Below are positions 42,310-56,711 of a stretch of DNA of 64,000 nt, piece by piece. The stretch is from Octopus vulgaris. Taxonomy: Eukaryota. Within the stretch, counting starts at the first letter, position 1, and every line of letters begins with the position of its first letter. Made by a program: the position numbers and the translations under genes. The stretch covers positions 70,494,001 to 70,558,000 of the forward strand of contig OX597830.1 of assembly GCA_951406725.2 (NCBI GenBank), in the 5' to 3' direction. The notes under the pieces were generated by a model, which saw nothing but the letters and a program-made list of their open reading frames with translations, ran no database searches and was not told the DNA's origin.

Positions 42310-42760
42310 GTCTTCTTCTTCTTCTTCTTCTTCTTCTTCTTCTTCTTCTTCTTCTTCCTTCTTCTTCTTCTTCTTCCTCCTCCTTCTTCTTCTTCCTCCT
42401 TCTTCTTCTTCTTCTCCTTCTTCTTCTTCTTCTTCTCCTCCTCCTCCTCCTTCTTCTCCTCCTCCTCCTCCTTCTTCTCCTCCTCCTCCTTCTTCTCCTC
42501 CTCCTCCTTCTTCTCCTCCTTCTTCTCCTCTTCCTCCTCCTTCTTCATCATCATCTTCTTCTTCTTCTCCTCCTCCTCCTTCTTCATCATCATCATCTTC
42601 TTCTTCTTCTTCTCTTCCTCCTCCTCCTCCTCCTTCTCCTCTTCCTCCTCCTCCTTCTTCATCATCATCATCATCATCATCATCTTCTTCTTCTTCTTCT
42701 TCTTCTTCTTCTTCTTCTTCTTCTTCTTCTTCTTCTTCTTTTTCTTCTTCTTCTTCGTCT
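42310..42760. repeat. About 450-bp polypyrimidine (CTT/CCT/CAT)n tract
   Basis: Direct reading. Confidence 0.95.
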
Positions 42761-42763
42761 TAA

Positions 42764-42980
42764 GGCGGCGAGCTGGCAGAATCGTTAGCACATCGAGCAA
42801 AATGCTCAGCGACATTTCGTCCGTCCTTACGTTCTGAGTTCAAATTCCGCCTAAGTCGACTTTGCCTTTCATTTCTTCGGTGTTAATTAATTAAGTACAA
42901 CTTGAGCACCGGGGGCCGATGCAATGAACTTACCCTTTACCCCGTCCCCCCAAATTACTGGCCTTTTAACAAAATTTAAA
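42764..42980 (+). mobile_element. SINE group B variant
   Basis: ggcggcgagctggcagaatcgttagcac head and central domain. Confidence 0.85.
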
Positions 42981-43686
42981 ACTGTAATTAATATTTCTTT
43001 TTTGAAGACGATAAGCTACGGTATGATACAATTGAGTTTCTATTTCTATCAGGTCAAGCAACTGCGTTCGGATATCGTTCGGATATTTCCAAAATGGAAT
43101 TAATTGCGTAATCGAAATGAAATGCCTTCCATCTGGAATCGAACTCGTTTCAAGAACGCGACACTTAGCTTATTTCTCAGTCCGTATGTCTCGCCCTACA
43201 TAAATGAAATAATAACGCGATACTTCATCTTGTCACAGAAGTGGAATTCTCTATAGCCTTTTAATTCTTTTTGTTCCAAATTTGGTTCCTTCTGGGTGGC
43301 AAGTTACTAACTTTATACATACACCGATTTCGGCGGTCCTTTTGTGGAATTTTGATGACACTGAAGCGAAGAATAAAATGTGTCATATAGAATTATCCAT
43401 GCTGGGTTTGCCAAGAGGAACTGTTAAATATAAGAGACAAAAGATATAAAAAATTGGAACTCAGTATCATGTATCAGATAAATACAAGTGGATGTCTATA
43501 TAGTCGCGCCAGCGCGCTCACTCCCTTGCTCCTTCTCTGTTTCTCTCTCTCTCCTCCCTCTCTGTTTCTCTCTCTTTCCTCCCTCTCTCTCTCACACACA
43601 CACATGAACAGAGAGCTACAGGCACGCGCACACAGACACACATTATTGAGCTTACTGATACAAATTGTGTGTGTGTGTGTGTGTAC

Positions 43687-43752
<66 letters not shown>

Positions 43753-43816
43753 ATATACATATATATATATGTATATATATATATTTAATATGTATGTATG
43801 TATCTATATATCTATG

Positions 43817-43898
<82 letters not shown>

Positions 43899-43904
43899 GA
43901 TACA

Positions 43905-43960
<56 letters not shown>

Positions 43961-43982
43961 TATGACTTGCATATATATGTTC

Positions 43983-44022
<40 letters not shown>

Positions 44023-44074
44023 TAGACTTTTTGTCAAAAACTTATATATGAATTATTTATAATATATATATATG

Positions 44075-44109
<35 letters not shown>

Positions 44110-44204
44110 CTTTGTATATATATATATACATACATACATACATATATACATACACATAAATATTTGTGTATATGTGTATGTATATATATGTATGCACACA
44201 CAAA

Positions 44205-44252
<48 letters not shown>

Positions 44253-44798
44253 GAGAGAGACCCACACATATATTTAATTATATAAGATACACATACATAT
44301 AAACATGCATACTCAAACACACACATACAACATACATACATGCACATACACACAGACAAATGCACGCAAATACACGCCCCACACACATACACACATACGC
44401 CTCTTCAGGAGCCGGTATTAAACGTCAAGTCATGTCGTATTGCTATGTTGTTCGTTGCGATGTTTCTTTATGTCGTTATTGACATTTTGTACACATGGCG
44501 GAAAAGAGATGCGTCGTGTAAGAACAGATCTCAGACGGACGGTGGAGGGTAGAGGCTCGTTGGTGGTGGCTTCAAGGAGACTGAGAGAGTGTGTTTCTGT
44601 GTGTGTGTGTGAGAGAGAGAGAGAGAGTAAAGAGAGCGGAAAGAGCTAAGATACTGGAGATGACATAGATTGGTGCCTACACGGTGGAACGTTGCATCAG
44701 TCTGTTTTCGGATAATAATTGAGGAAACGTAATTCGGTGTTGACTCCCAACAATAACGCAAGGCTTCACAATTTTGATCAGGTGGCACACATACACAC

Positions 44799-45400
44799 CT
44801 ATTTCTTTACTACCCACAAGGGGCTAAACACAGAGAGGACAAACAAGGACAGACAAATGGATTAAGTCGATTATATCGACCACAGTGCGTAACTGGTACT
44901 TAATTTATCGACCTCGAAAGGATGAAAGGCAAAGTCGACCTCGGCAGAATTTGAACTCAGAACGTAGCGGCAGACGAAATACCTATTTCTTTACTACCCA
45001 CAAGGGGCTAAACACAGAGAGGACAAACAAGGACAGACAAATGGATTAAGTCGATTATATCGACCCCAGTGCGTAACTGGTACTTAATTTATCGACCCCG
45101 AAAGGATGAAAGGCAAAGTCGACCTCGGCGGAATTTGAACTCAGAACGTAAAGACAGACAAAATACCTATTTCTTTACTACCCACAAGGGGCTAAACACA
45201 CAGAGGACAAACAAGGACAGACAAATGGATTAAGTCGATTATATCGACTCCAGTGCGTAACTGGTACTTAATTTATCAACCCCGAAAGAATGAAAGGCAA
45301 AGTCGACCTCGGCGGAATTTGAACTCAGAACGTAACGGCAGACGAAATACGGCTACGCATTTCGCCCGCCGTGCTAACGTTTCTGCCAGCTCGCCGCCTT
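44799..45400 (-). mobile_element. SINE group B trimer (one head + 3 x 184-bp body)
   Basis: Unit boundaries at 44798, 44982 and 45166; atacacac on both flanks (44791-44798, 45401-45408). Confidence 0.93.
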
Positions 45401-45682
45401 ATACACACGGCATACATACACACCATCACAGACACTCACACACACACACACACATCCACACAAGTATAGTGTACTGCTTCGTTATTGGTAGGATCAAGGA
45501 AAACATATTCCATCCACAGAGAGATAAATGTTATTTAATACACGGTGGATTTCCACGTGACCACTGTGAATTTCATGAGCGGATAGTACATAGCATGCGG
45601 CACAAGTTTGTCCGAATACTGTACTATCCGTGCATGAAACTTATACTAGTAGACGTTTAAATCCTGTGTTTGTCACACACAG

Positions 45683-46060
45683 TGGAGGCGCAATGGCCCA
45701 GTGGTTAGGGCAGCGGACTCGCGGTCATAGGATCGCGGTTTCGATTCCCAGACTGAGTGTTTATTGAGCGAAAACACCTAAAGCTCCACGAGGGTCCAGC
45801 AGGGAGTGGTGGTGAACCCTGCTGTACTCTTTCACCACAACTTTCTTTCTTTCACTCTTACTTCCTGTTTCTGTTGTGCCTGTAATTCAAAGGGCCAGCT
45901 TTGTCACACTCTGTGTGACGCTGAATGTCCCCCGAGAACTACGTTAAGGGTACACATGTCTGTGGAGTGCTCAGCCACTTGCATGTTAATTTCACGAGCA
46001 GGCTGTTCTGTTGATTGGATCAACTGGAACCCTCATCGTCGTAAGCGACGGGGTGCCAAC
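45683..46060 (+). mobile_element. SINE group D (head 1 + tail X)
   Basis: tRNA-like head ggaggcgcaatggcccagtggttagggcagcggactcgcgg...ggtttcgattccc; tail ...cgtaagcgacggggtgcc. Confidence 0.88.
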
Positions 46061-46085
46061 ATTTTCACACAGAAACACACAAGCG

Positions 46086-46116
<31 letters not shown>

Positions 46117-47240
46117 GCACACACTCATATACAAATGCCTCACGGCATTTCGTCTATCTTTATGTTCTGAGTTCAAATTCCGCCGAGGGACATTTAGCCG
46201 TTCATCCTTTCGGGAATCGATGAAATAAGTACCAGTTTATAACTGGGGTCGATGTAGTCGACTAGCCTCACCCCATAAAATTTCAGGACAAACCTATTAT
46301 AGAAAGGATTATATTTCAGGTACAAAATTATAGTGGAAAGGACTATATATATTATACCCCATGTATTGTACATATATATTATATATACGTATCTGTGTGT
46401 ATATGTAAGTGAGTATGCGTGTGCGTGTGTGTGTATGTGTGTGTGCGCATGAAGTGATCAACAAAGAAGGACACACTCCAACATATCGACCTCAGTAACT
46501 GAGTGGCACTTTATTTTGTCTAGACTTTGGAAAGATGAAAAGCTAAGTTGGTCCCGGCGTGATTTGAAAGTAGAATATATAGGTTCTTAATATGGTTTTT
46601 TCAACCCTATTATGATCCTATTATTTTGGTTAGCCTGCAATGATCCTAGTTCTTATTTAGTTCCTATCAGCCCTACCTTTTAGCTATGGTCATCTTGCTC
46701 TTTCTTAGATAAGTGCCGTATCTAGTGTGATGTTATCCATCATTTTCAAAGCCGTGTGATGTAATTTAAAAGCCATTCAGCTGCTATTTCTTGCAGATGA
46801 AACAGCAACGTAGTTACTCACTAGTTGGGTCAGCAGCGAAAATGTTAAATCAAAACTATGCCTGCCATCAGTTCAGCGGAAATTGTGTATCTACGATTAC
46901 ATTTTTGAATATATTCCAATGTTATTCAAAAGAGTATTATGTGCTTCGAGGTATATTTGGCTGCTATTTGTCGGTGTCTGACTATAATGGATCTGGCTAT
47001 AATTTCACCTGTTGATTCAGGAAAAGAAATATTAAATTATTTGTAACGAAGACACAACACAAGACATTTAAGATGCTTGTACCTTACTCAGTATATGACA
47101 GGTTCTTATTCGCTGAAGCCCCAGGAGGATGAAAGGTGAAATCAACCACAACGGAATTTGAACTCATGAGGTAAAGCAACATATTTTCATCATTTGAAGC
47201 CTATCGGATTAATATACATACATATACGTATATACAATCT

Positions 47241-47713
47241 ATGTGCATTAACTACAGCATTAGAGCAATTTAGCTCTTATTTCTAGCAATGTAGGTGTTT
47301 TCCAACACCATAGTCATATTTAACGACCTTTGTAATTCTTCTTTTTGGTGAAACATTGCAAACTGCTGTTTATATTAATTTTATATACACACATTAGCGA
47401 ATCAGTAAATCATCCAATTATTGGATGACGAAAACTTAAATACTAACAGTGAAGAGAGTCCGGAAAGAGCCAAACATTCGAGCGGTCTTAACTGATGAGG
47501 TAAAGGAAACTGGCGAAACCGACGCGTCAGTTTTTAAGAATCCTCGATCGGCACTTTTCGAACAATTATGGTCACTGTTAGCGTATATGTTTTCATTCAT
47601 GTGCGTTAACTACTGCATTTGAGCGGTTTGGCTCTTATTTCTAGCACCCTAGTCACATTTAATGACACTTGTAATTCTCCGTTTTGGTCAAACATTGCAA
47701 ACTGCTGTTTATA

Positions 47714-47719
<6 letters not shown>
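47241..47719 (+). mobile_element. Partial tandem repeat (period about 358 bp) enclosing a degenerate hammerhead motif; PLE pseudo-LTR-like
   Basis: Direct repeats 47241-47380 and 47599-47719. Between them lies CTGATGA-ggtaaaggaaactggc-GAAA-ccgacgcg-TC (47492-47528). Ends at (TA)n. Confidence 0.5.
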
Positions 47720-47803
<84 letters not shown>

Positions 47804-48223
47804 ATGTGTGCGTGTGTATGCGTCGATTGACAAATAGTGTTGGTGTTTTACATCTCCATAACTTAGTGGTTCGGCAAAGAAAAAACACCGATAGAATGAG
47901 TATCAGTCTTTAAAAAAGCAAGCAACAGTAATAAGTACTAAGGATGCTGTGCTCGACTAATACCCTGCTAAACGATGGCCCAGCATGGCCGCAGTCCAAT
48001 GACTGAAACAAGTAAAGGATAAAAGATGAAAGGGGAAAGAGGAAATTTATTCATTTATTTGTATAAATAAAGAAACCTGGCTGCTGCGGCTCAGTTCTAC
48101 CAGGAACAACTCACTTTAAATGAACAGCAGAAATACTGAATAAAATAATGAAAAGTCCCCCTTATATTGCAATAAATAAATAAATAAATAAACAAATAAA
48201 CAAATAAATAAATATCATAAAAC

Positions 48224-48286
<63 letters not shown>

Positions 48287-48639
48287 GTAATAATAATAGT
48301 AATAATGAACGATGGATGATAAAAATAATAATAGTCAGTCAAACAAATATGGCTGACTTCTGTATTTTTATACCACTATAAAATGCATATACAGCCGGTG
48401 GTACGGAGACGAAGTTGCAGTTTATATTCAGATATGTGACAGATAACAAGGTTCTAATTGCTTAACTGTTGAAATATAAGAGCTAGTATTACACAAATGA
48501 CTTATTTTGTGCTTGCCATTATAAGGTTATGTATAATGCCATAAAAACATTGCAAGCGGCCATGGACACAGCTTGACGTTTAACGTCTTAAAGAGACTTC
48601 AAGAGTAGGATTTTTATGAACGGACTCGCCCTCTCTCTC

Positions 48640-48693
<54 letters not shown>

Positions 48694-48812
48694 GCTCGTT
48701 CTTTCTCGTACTCATTGCTAGTTGTATCGTTCTTACATCTTGCTTTCTCACTTCTCCTCTCTCTCTCTTTCTCTCACACTTATTTTCTCTTCATTTCACT
48801 ATCTCTCCTATG

Positions 48813-48874
<62 letters not shown>

Positions 48875-48968
48875 TGAGAATATGTGCGTGTGTAAAATCA
48901 TGACTAAGGGGAATAAAGGCCATGCTTAAGTGGTTACAAGTCATAATAATAATAATGATAATAATAAC

Positions 48969-49039
<71 letters not shown>

Positions 49040-49485
49040 TGATGATGATAATAATAACAATAATAATAATAATAATAATGATAATAATGATAATAATAAT
49101 AATAATACAAACGTATGCACACACAGGCATACGCATACATACACATATAGCTATATTTGCATAAACATTCACACACACACACACACATATATATATAAGC
49201 GCGAAGTTATCAACTTTTAAATTGCTAATATAATTTTAACAAGCTCTTTAAATGATATAATGGCGTATAAATGAGAGAAAATGAATGGGAAGAGAGAGGA
49301 AGAGCAAATTCAAGAATTACGCGGAATTGGTTGATGTCAAGAATTTCAAAAATACTAGGACTGTGTAAGTGCCATGGAATTGAAGCTGCTGGGAGAAAAA
49401 TAATACGTGGTAAAGACGATGACAACGACGACGACAGCGGTAAAGACGATGACAACGATGGCTATGATGATAATGATGATGACAG

Positions 49486-49519
<34 letters not shown>

Positions 49520-49591
49520 AAGGAGAGGGATGAGGGGGGAAGGGTGGGGATGAGGAAGGTGATGACAATAATGAGGACACCCACAACGGTC

Positions 49592-49815
49592 TATTTCTTT
49601 ACTACCCATAAGGGGCTAAACACAGAGGGGACAAACAAGGACAGACAAATGGATTAAGTCGATTATATCGACCCCAGTGCGTTACTGGTACTTATTTAAT
49701 CAACCCTGAAAGGATGAAAGGCAAAGTCGACCTCGGGGGAATTTCAACTCAGAACGTAACGGCAGACGAAATACGGCTACGCATTTCGCCCGACGTGCTA
49801 ACGTTTCTTCCAGCT
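49592..49815 (-). mobile_element. SINE group B with 14-bp TSD
   Basis: TSD cacccacaacggtc at 49578-49591 and 49816-49829. Confidence 0.92.
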
Positions 49816-50046
49816 CACCCACAACGGTCACGAGACGATGACAATGATGAGGACGACTAAGAGGATGCAGAGGAGGAGGACGAAGTAGAGAAGGAGGATG
49901 GTATCGATAGACGAATCAATGAACCAATAATTACTGTTTCAGCCATACGCAGAAATCCTGGAATTTTTTTGGATATGGTTTAGTCTAAGGTATCAATTCC
50001 AATTCTTGACTTTTACCAAACCTGAAAACAAAAAAGAAAATGAAGT

Positions 50047-50096
50047 TGTGAGTGGATTTGGTAGACGGTAACTGAAAGAAGCCCGTCGTATATATG

Positions 50097-50168
<72 letters not shown>

Positions 50169-50169
50169 C

Positions 50170-50216
<47 letters not shown>

Positions 50217-50452
50217 CGTGTATGTATGTAAGTATGTATGTATATAGTTGTGTTTCTGTGTTTGTCCCCACCCAATATCGCTTGACAACCGATGCTGGTA
50301 TGTTTACATCCCCGTATCTTAGTGGTTCGGCAAAAGAGACAGATAGAATAAGTACTAGGCTTACAAAGAATAGGTCCTGGGGTCGATTTTTCTCGCCTAA
50401 AGGCGGTGCTCTAGCATGGCCATACTCAAATGACTGAAACAAGTAACAGAGA
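50047..50452 (+). mobile_element. SINE group C, 5'-truncated
   Basis: ttgtgagtggatttggtagacgg, internal microsatellite, 3' module. Confidence 0.88.
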
Positions 50453-51522
50453 ATAATGGCGATATTTCAATTCAAAATTTAAAGAACCGAAATAAATACC
50501 CCAAGTCATATTCTCTGGCGCTGTAGCGATTCTAGGAACAGGACAACCCATTTTCAGATGGGGTCTTGTTGATTAAATTACTAATACTCAACTTATTCAC
50601 TCGTGTATAAGTCGACTCCTTAATTTAGTTACGGAAGCATTGCACCTTAATTTAGTGTTAAATCATGGTACAAATCTTTCTCTCTTCATAGTTTTAGCTT
50701 TACACCCATGTATAAATCACTCCCAAGATTTTTCAATTGAAAACGTTCACACACAACGTTTCGTGTGTGTGTGTCAAATGTAAATAACGTAAATAATGTA
50801 CATAATTCTTCCTCTCTTGGTTTACAATATGGTTTACAATCGACCCAGTTGGATGACAACCTAAATCGCTCCTAATAAGATTTGAACTCTCAAAAGCACG
50901 AACCCAGGCCGCTAATTATTCCAATTTTGACATTCGTAGAACTAACAATCCTTTCTGATATAGGCAAAAGGCCTGAATTTTATGAGAAGAGGAAGTATCT
51001 ATTTTATCGTGCACGAAATGATAAAAGGCAAAATCAAACTCAGTGAAATTTGAACTCAGAACGTAAAGCCAGAACACATACCGCTAAGCATTTGTCCAGT
51101 ACACTAACGAATCTGCCAGGTCGCCGCCTTAGTTCCGTGTACTAGTAATAGTTTCTTATTTCGTCATAAAGCTAGTAATTTGGGGGTCAAGGAGTGTGTT
51201 AGGCAATACAATTGATCCCAGTACTTGACTGGTACTTTTATTTTATCGATACCGGATAGATCAGCAGGAATTGATAGCTCTAAAAATTCTTCCTAATTTT
51301 TAGCACAAGACCAGCAATTTTGAGCAGTGGAGAGCAGATTTCTTTGATCTTAGTACACAAGTGGTACTTCTTTTATCGACGGTGAAAGGATGAAAGGCAA
51401 AGATGACCTCAGCAGAATTTGAACTCAGAACGTAGAGACGGACGAAATGCCACTCAGCATCTTGTCCGGCGTGCTACTGAAAACTTTTCTCCAAATATTG
51501 CGACTGTGTCAATGATTCTTCA

Positions 51523-51647
<125 letters not shown>

Positions 51648-51861
51648 GACTGTCTGTCTGTCTGTCGGTCTGTCGGTTTGTCGGTCTGTCGGTCTGTACC
51701 AAGGGGGAAGGGGAGGGTGGTCCGCTTCGGGTGGCACAATTTATTTGTATTATATGTCATTAATAAAAAATGCAGTATAAATATTATAGGCTTTAATCAT
51801 GTATAGTAGCTATTAAAATTTCCTTAAAATTTAAATTTATCATCACTAAACTTGTATTGGT

Positions 51862-52160
51862 TGAGGCACATGGTCTAGTGGTTAGAGCAGCGGACTCGCG
51901 GTCGGGGGATCGCGGATTCGGATCAGAAACAAGGCGATGAGTGTTTTTATGCGCGAAACACCTCAGCTCCATGCGGCTCCGGCAGAAGGTAATGGCGAAC
52001 TTCTGCTAACTCCTTCGCCACAACTTTCTTTCACTCTTTCTTCCTGCATCTAGCAGCTCTGCTGCGTTGGACTGGCGTCCCGTCCATGTGGGGAACATAT
52101 ACGTCAATGAAACTGGGAAACCGGTCCTTATGAGCCAAGCATAGCTCGAGAAGGAACAAG
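51862..52160 (+). mobile_element. SINE group D (head 1 + tail Y)
   Basis: gaggcacatggtctagtggttagagcagcggactcgcgg head; tail ctgcgttggactggcgtcccgtcc. Confidence 0.85.
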
Positions 52161-52199
52161 CAATAAACTTGTATTGCGTGTTAATATTGTTAATACAGT

Positions 52200-52880
52200 T
52201 GCTGAATAAGAAGACAAGGACAGTAATGATGCTAAGGTATTTGAAAAGTCAGAACATCCGAGAAAACCCACCAAAGGTACGAACAAGGAGGAAATGGAAA
52301 GCGAAAGAAGCAGCTCACAGCGCGATCGGAAAGCTAAGGCATGCCGATGTAATCGGAGCGACGCAAGAAGCAAGAGCTGGTCTAGGGTTGCACAATTTCA
52401 AATCATTTTGCATGAGCAGTGTAAAAGAGATGAAAGAGGCAGTGGTGCACGAAGTGAGAAAGGGGGAAGAAGAAAGGGGAAATGTACATTTGATGGAATG
52501 TAGTTAATAGGAATAGTGCCTGAGATGGGAGGAATACTCGGTGAGTCGCAGAATCTTTTGGGAGAAACGTTGGGCTTGAGAACAAGCAAGAACATACTTC
52601 CTGATCAAGTCTACCTATTTCTTTATTACCCACAAGGGGCTAAACATAAAGGGGACAAACAAGGACAGACATAGGTATTCGATTACATCGACCCCAGTGC
52701 TAAGCATTTCGCCCGACGTGCTAACGTTTCTGCCAGCTCGCCGCCTGATCAAGTCTACCGTCGACGTTTTGCCTTCAGCCAGTTTAGTCTGGTGGAACAT
52801 ACAAACGACTGATAAATGTAGATGCGGAGAGAAAGCGACGGTGAGACATGTTTTGTCAAACTGCAGACTAGCACAAGACT
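52200..52880 (+). mobile_element. HERO-like (restriction-like-endonuclease clade) non-LTR retrotransposon fragment, interrupted by a SINE
   Basis: RKWKAKEAA...LRHADVIGATQEARAGLG ... FLIKST/VDVLPSASLVWW...DKCRCGEKATVRHVLSNC (CCHC zinc knuckle); contains stops and frameshifts. Confidence 0.75.
52616..52745 (-). mobile_element. Internally deleted SINE group B with about 16-bp TSD
   Basis: cctgatcaagtctacc at 52600-52615 and 52744-52759. Confidence 0.92.
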
Positions 52881-53424
52881 GATATACAAGTCCTCGGTGT
52901 CATAAGTATTTGAAGTTTGCCCTATTTTTATAGGGAGTTCATGGCTCAAATTAGTATATGTATTGAATAGGATTTAATTGGTAGAGTATAGTCGCATGAC
53001 TGGTCTTAGAAATATTTGTAGGTTCCCCGCTACGTCCGTGTGTTAGTATCAAGTGACAATGTTTGGCGTCGTAAGTTAAGGCTGACACGGTTGACTTAAC
53101 AGTCAATGCTCCAAACAGTCAATGCTCTGAATGTTTTCTGTCAAGTGTTTGTAAAGAATGAACACAGGGTTAAGTTTATAACCTTTTGTACGTCTCTTGC
53201 TACGTTCGTGCGTTAGTGTCACGCGACAGTATATTATGCGCCTAAAAAGAAGGCCGACACGGTTGAGTGAACATGTTTAGTTATAATCAAGGCACTCCAA
53301 ATTTAATCTCTCTGGTGGGAAAGTGGACAGGAGTCGTTTGTATGTAGTCAAGTGGCTAAAATTTAAGTTGTTAGTTGTTAGCTGCCTCATGATATGTGGC
53401 AAAGTGAATTCTGTGTGTGAATAG

Positions 53425-55150
53425 TTAAAGCTTGTTGAGTCTTGGTTTGTACTTGTGTATGAAAGTATTGTTTTGTTTATCCGTGCTCCAGCTGTGGTAT
53501 TCGCTCAACATAGGTAGGGTGGGAAGACCTGGAATTTGGGGGACTTATTTTTTGCAAATATATCTGTGTGTCCACTCAGTGGAATCTGTCTAGTACTGGG
53601 GTCTCGTATTTGTGAATGGTCAGTCTATTTCTTAGAGTAAGCTTTGTTGGATTTATATAATATTCATTATATCCCTAACATTTGATAGCGTATATTAAAT
53701 TTCTTGAAAAACATGTAAAGAGAATTGTTTACAGTAAAAGTCTGTTCTGATTTGAATTTGTAAGCTGTGTCTTCAATAAAGTTGATGCAGGTCCCAAAAT
53801 TGGGGCGGCCACAGTTTTTGGTTGTAGGAATTGTGGGAGGTAATTTAGCACTTGTGAGGGAATTTTTGAGGGACCCTGATGGTCTTTTACTTTTGATGAT
53901 TTTGTTTATTTCGAATGCTTGTTTCGTTCATGGTTCTTCATTCAGTAGTGGGATGTTCCGGTGGGTAATATTGTAAACCTCTGGGTATCTTGGGTTGTGT
54001 ATCTGGAACATTTTTCGTTTTTTTTTTTGTAGTTCTTCGATATTTATTGCTTTGGCAAGTTCTATTTCGTTGTCTATTAGCATTCATGGAATTATATCTT
54101 GTTTTAGTTCTTAGAGTCTTTTATTGCGAATTTCAGGGTTTGAGACAATTGTGCAGATTCTTCTTGCTAGATTAAAGTGTATATTATTCTTCGTGTGTTT
54201 GGGATGGCATGCGGAAACCAGTAGGTATTGTTTAGAATCTGTTTGTTTGTAGTGAATATCTGTTTCAATGGTTTTATCTCTTTTGATGGTTAGTGTATCT
54301 TGGAACGGTAGTTGAGGTTTACTCTATTTCATGATAAAGTCAATATTACTGTTGTTCAAATATGTTCGTTCACATGACTACGCAGTAGTCTAAGTAACGT
54401 TTCCAGTTTTCTAATAGATATTTGTTCAAGCCATATATTAATTTAGATTGTTCATATATCTGAACGTCCATGTATATCATGACAAGATTGGTGTAAGTCG
54501 GAGCAACATTTGTCACCATCGCAGTCCCAAACATTTCTTTGTAAATATTGCCATCGAAGTAAAAAAGGGTGTTTTCGTGGATAAAGTTTAATCCTTCAGT
54601 GATGAAACTATTTTCAATTCTATCTCAAATTTTAATCCTATCTTAAATTTCTCTACTTCATATTGATATGGGATTGTGATAGAGAGGTTCACCACATCAA
54701 AACATGCAATAGTAGTATCATTGTTTATGGATTTTGGGAGGTGGTCTAACAGGTCCAGGTCATCCCTAACAAGACTTGGTATATATTTTAAAATAGTTTT
54801 TAGTAATATAGCTATAAAGTTGCAGAGTCTGTGGGTTTCGGGATGTGTGTTTCAGGCATGCTGCGACTGGTCTACATCTAAGGTCGGTGATATATTGCAT
54901 GCTTATGCAACTTGAAGTTGGTTCGTTACATTCATTCTTAATAGTTTGATCCTTATGGATTTGGGGAGAACGTAGAAGTAGCTAGTCATGCAATCAACAT
55001 GGGTTACATAGTCGCATTCTTTGTTTGTTAAACCATTTTGATGTCTGTGAAAGAGAGTGTTGAGTTTAGTCATTGTCTTTGATATTTGGTATGTATTTAC
55101 CTTTTCGTAGTGGATCATATCTTGTAATATAGATAGTATATCACTTTAGT
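53425..55150 (-). mobile_element. Penelope-like element (Neptune-like) RT + GIY-YIG ORF, pseudogenised
   Basis: Motifs FYVLPK, CFDVVNL..IP, GTAMVTNVAPTYTNL, WKRYLD (YxDD region), YKQTDSKQYL...CHPKH, Cys linker CGRPNFGTC, NLIYAIKC...YI..T..TLRNR..H, terminal KYKPRLNKL* at 53425. Many frameshifts. Confidence 0.9.
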
Positions 55151-55225
55151 AGTGTTCAATATCCATTATCTCTCACTCCCCCTCTCTCTCTCTGTATATA
55201 TAAATACATACACACACACACACAA

Positions 55226-55294
<69 letters not shown>

Positions 55295-55331
55295 TATACA
55301 CATATATATATGAATTTTAGTAGGATGGCGA

Positions 55332-55429
<98 letters not shown>

Positions 55430-55567
55430 CATACATACATACATACATACATACATACATACATACATACATACATACATACATACATACATACATACAG
55501 TATATATATTCTTTTATTCTTTCATTCTTTTATGTTTCAGCCTTGAGACTATGGCTATGCGCATATA

Positions 55568-55726
55568 TATCAGCCGAAATTGCGAGGATGATCCGGTTCT
55601 TGACCGAGGATAGAAAGCTTCGAATGACCCGTCCTTGTTTTTTTGTATCGTCTATCTGGATGTTTTGTTGTCCCTTTTGGTATCACCTAGTTGTCCAGAT
55701 GCTTTGCGTTCTTGTCCCATTTTGTA

Positions 55727-55728
<2 letters not shown>
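55568..55728. mobile_element. (TA)n-flanked element, family E (inverted copy)
   Basis: Reverse complement similar to 38355-38475. Confidence 0.7.
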
Positions 55729-55795
<67 letters not shown>

Positions 55796-55803
55796 TGTAT
55801 ATA

Positions 55804-56292
<489 letters not shown>

Positions 56293-56302
56293 TATTTATA
56301 TA

Positions 56303-56640
<338 letters not shown>

Positions 56641-56641
56641 G

Positions 56642-56711
<70 letters not shown>

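Noticed and set aside
42281-42815. Poly-S/P and poly-K/E ORFs
   Set aside because: Trinucleotide microsatellite with no domain or splice evidence.
45683-45755. tRNA-like sequences here and at 16908, 51862 and 63932
   Set aside because: They have A/B-box-like motifs but no complete cloverleaf, and they continue into SINE bodies.
49271-49657. Asp-rich ORF
   Set aside because: (GAT)n repeat running into a SINE.
50598-50740. actcgtgtataagtcgac, reminiscent of Tc1/pogo-type MITE subterminal motifs
   Set aside because: No matching opposite terminus was found.
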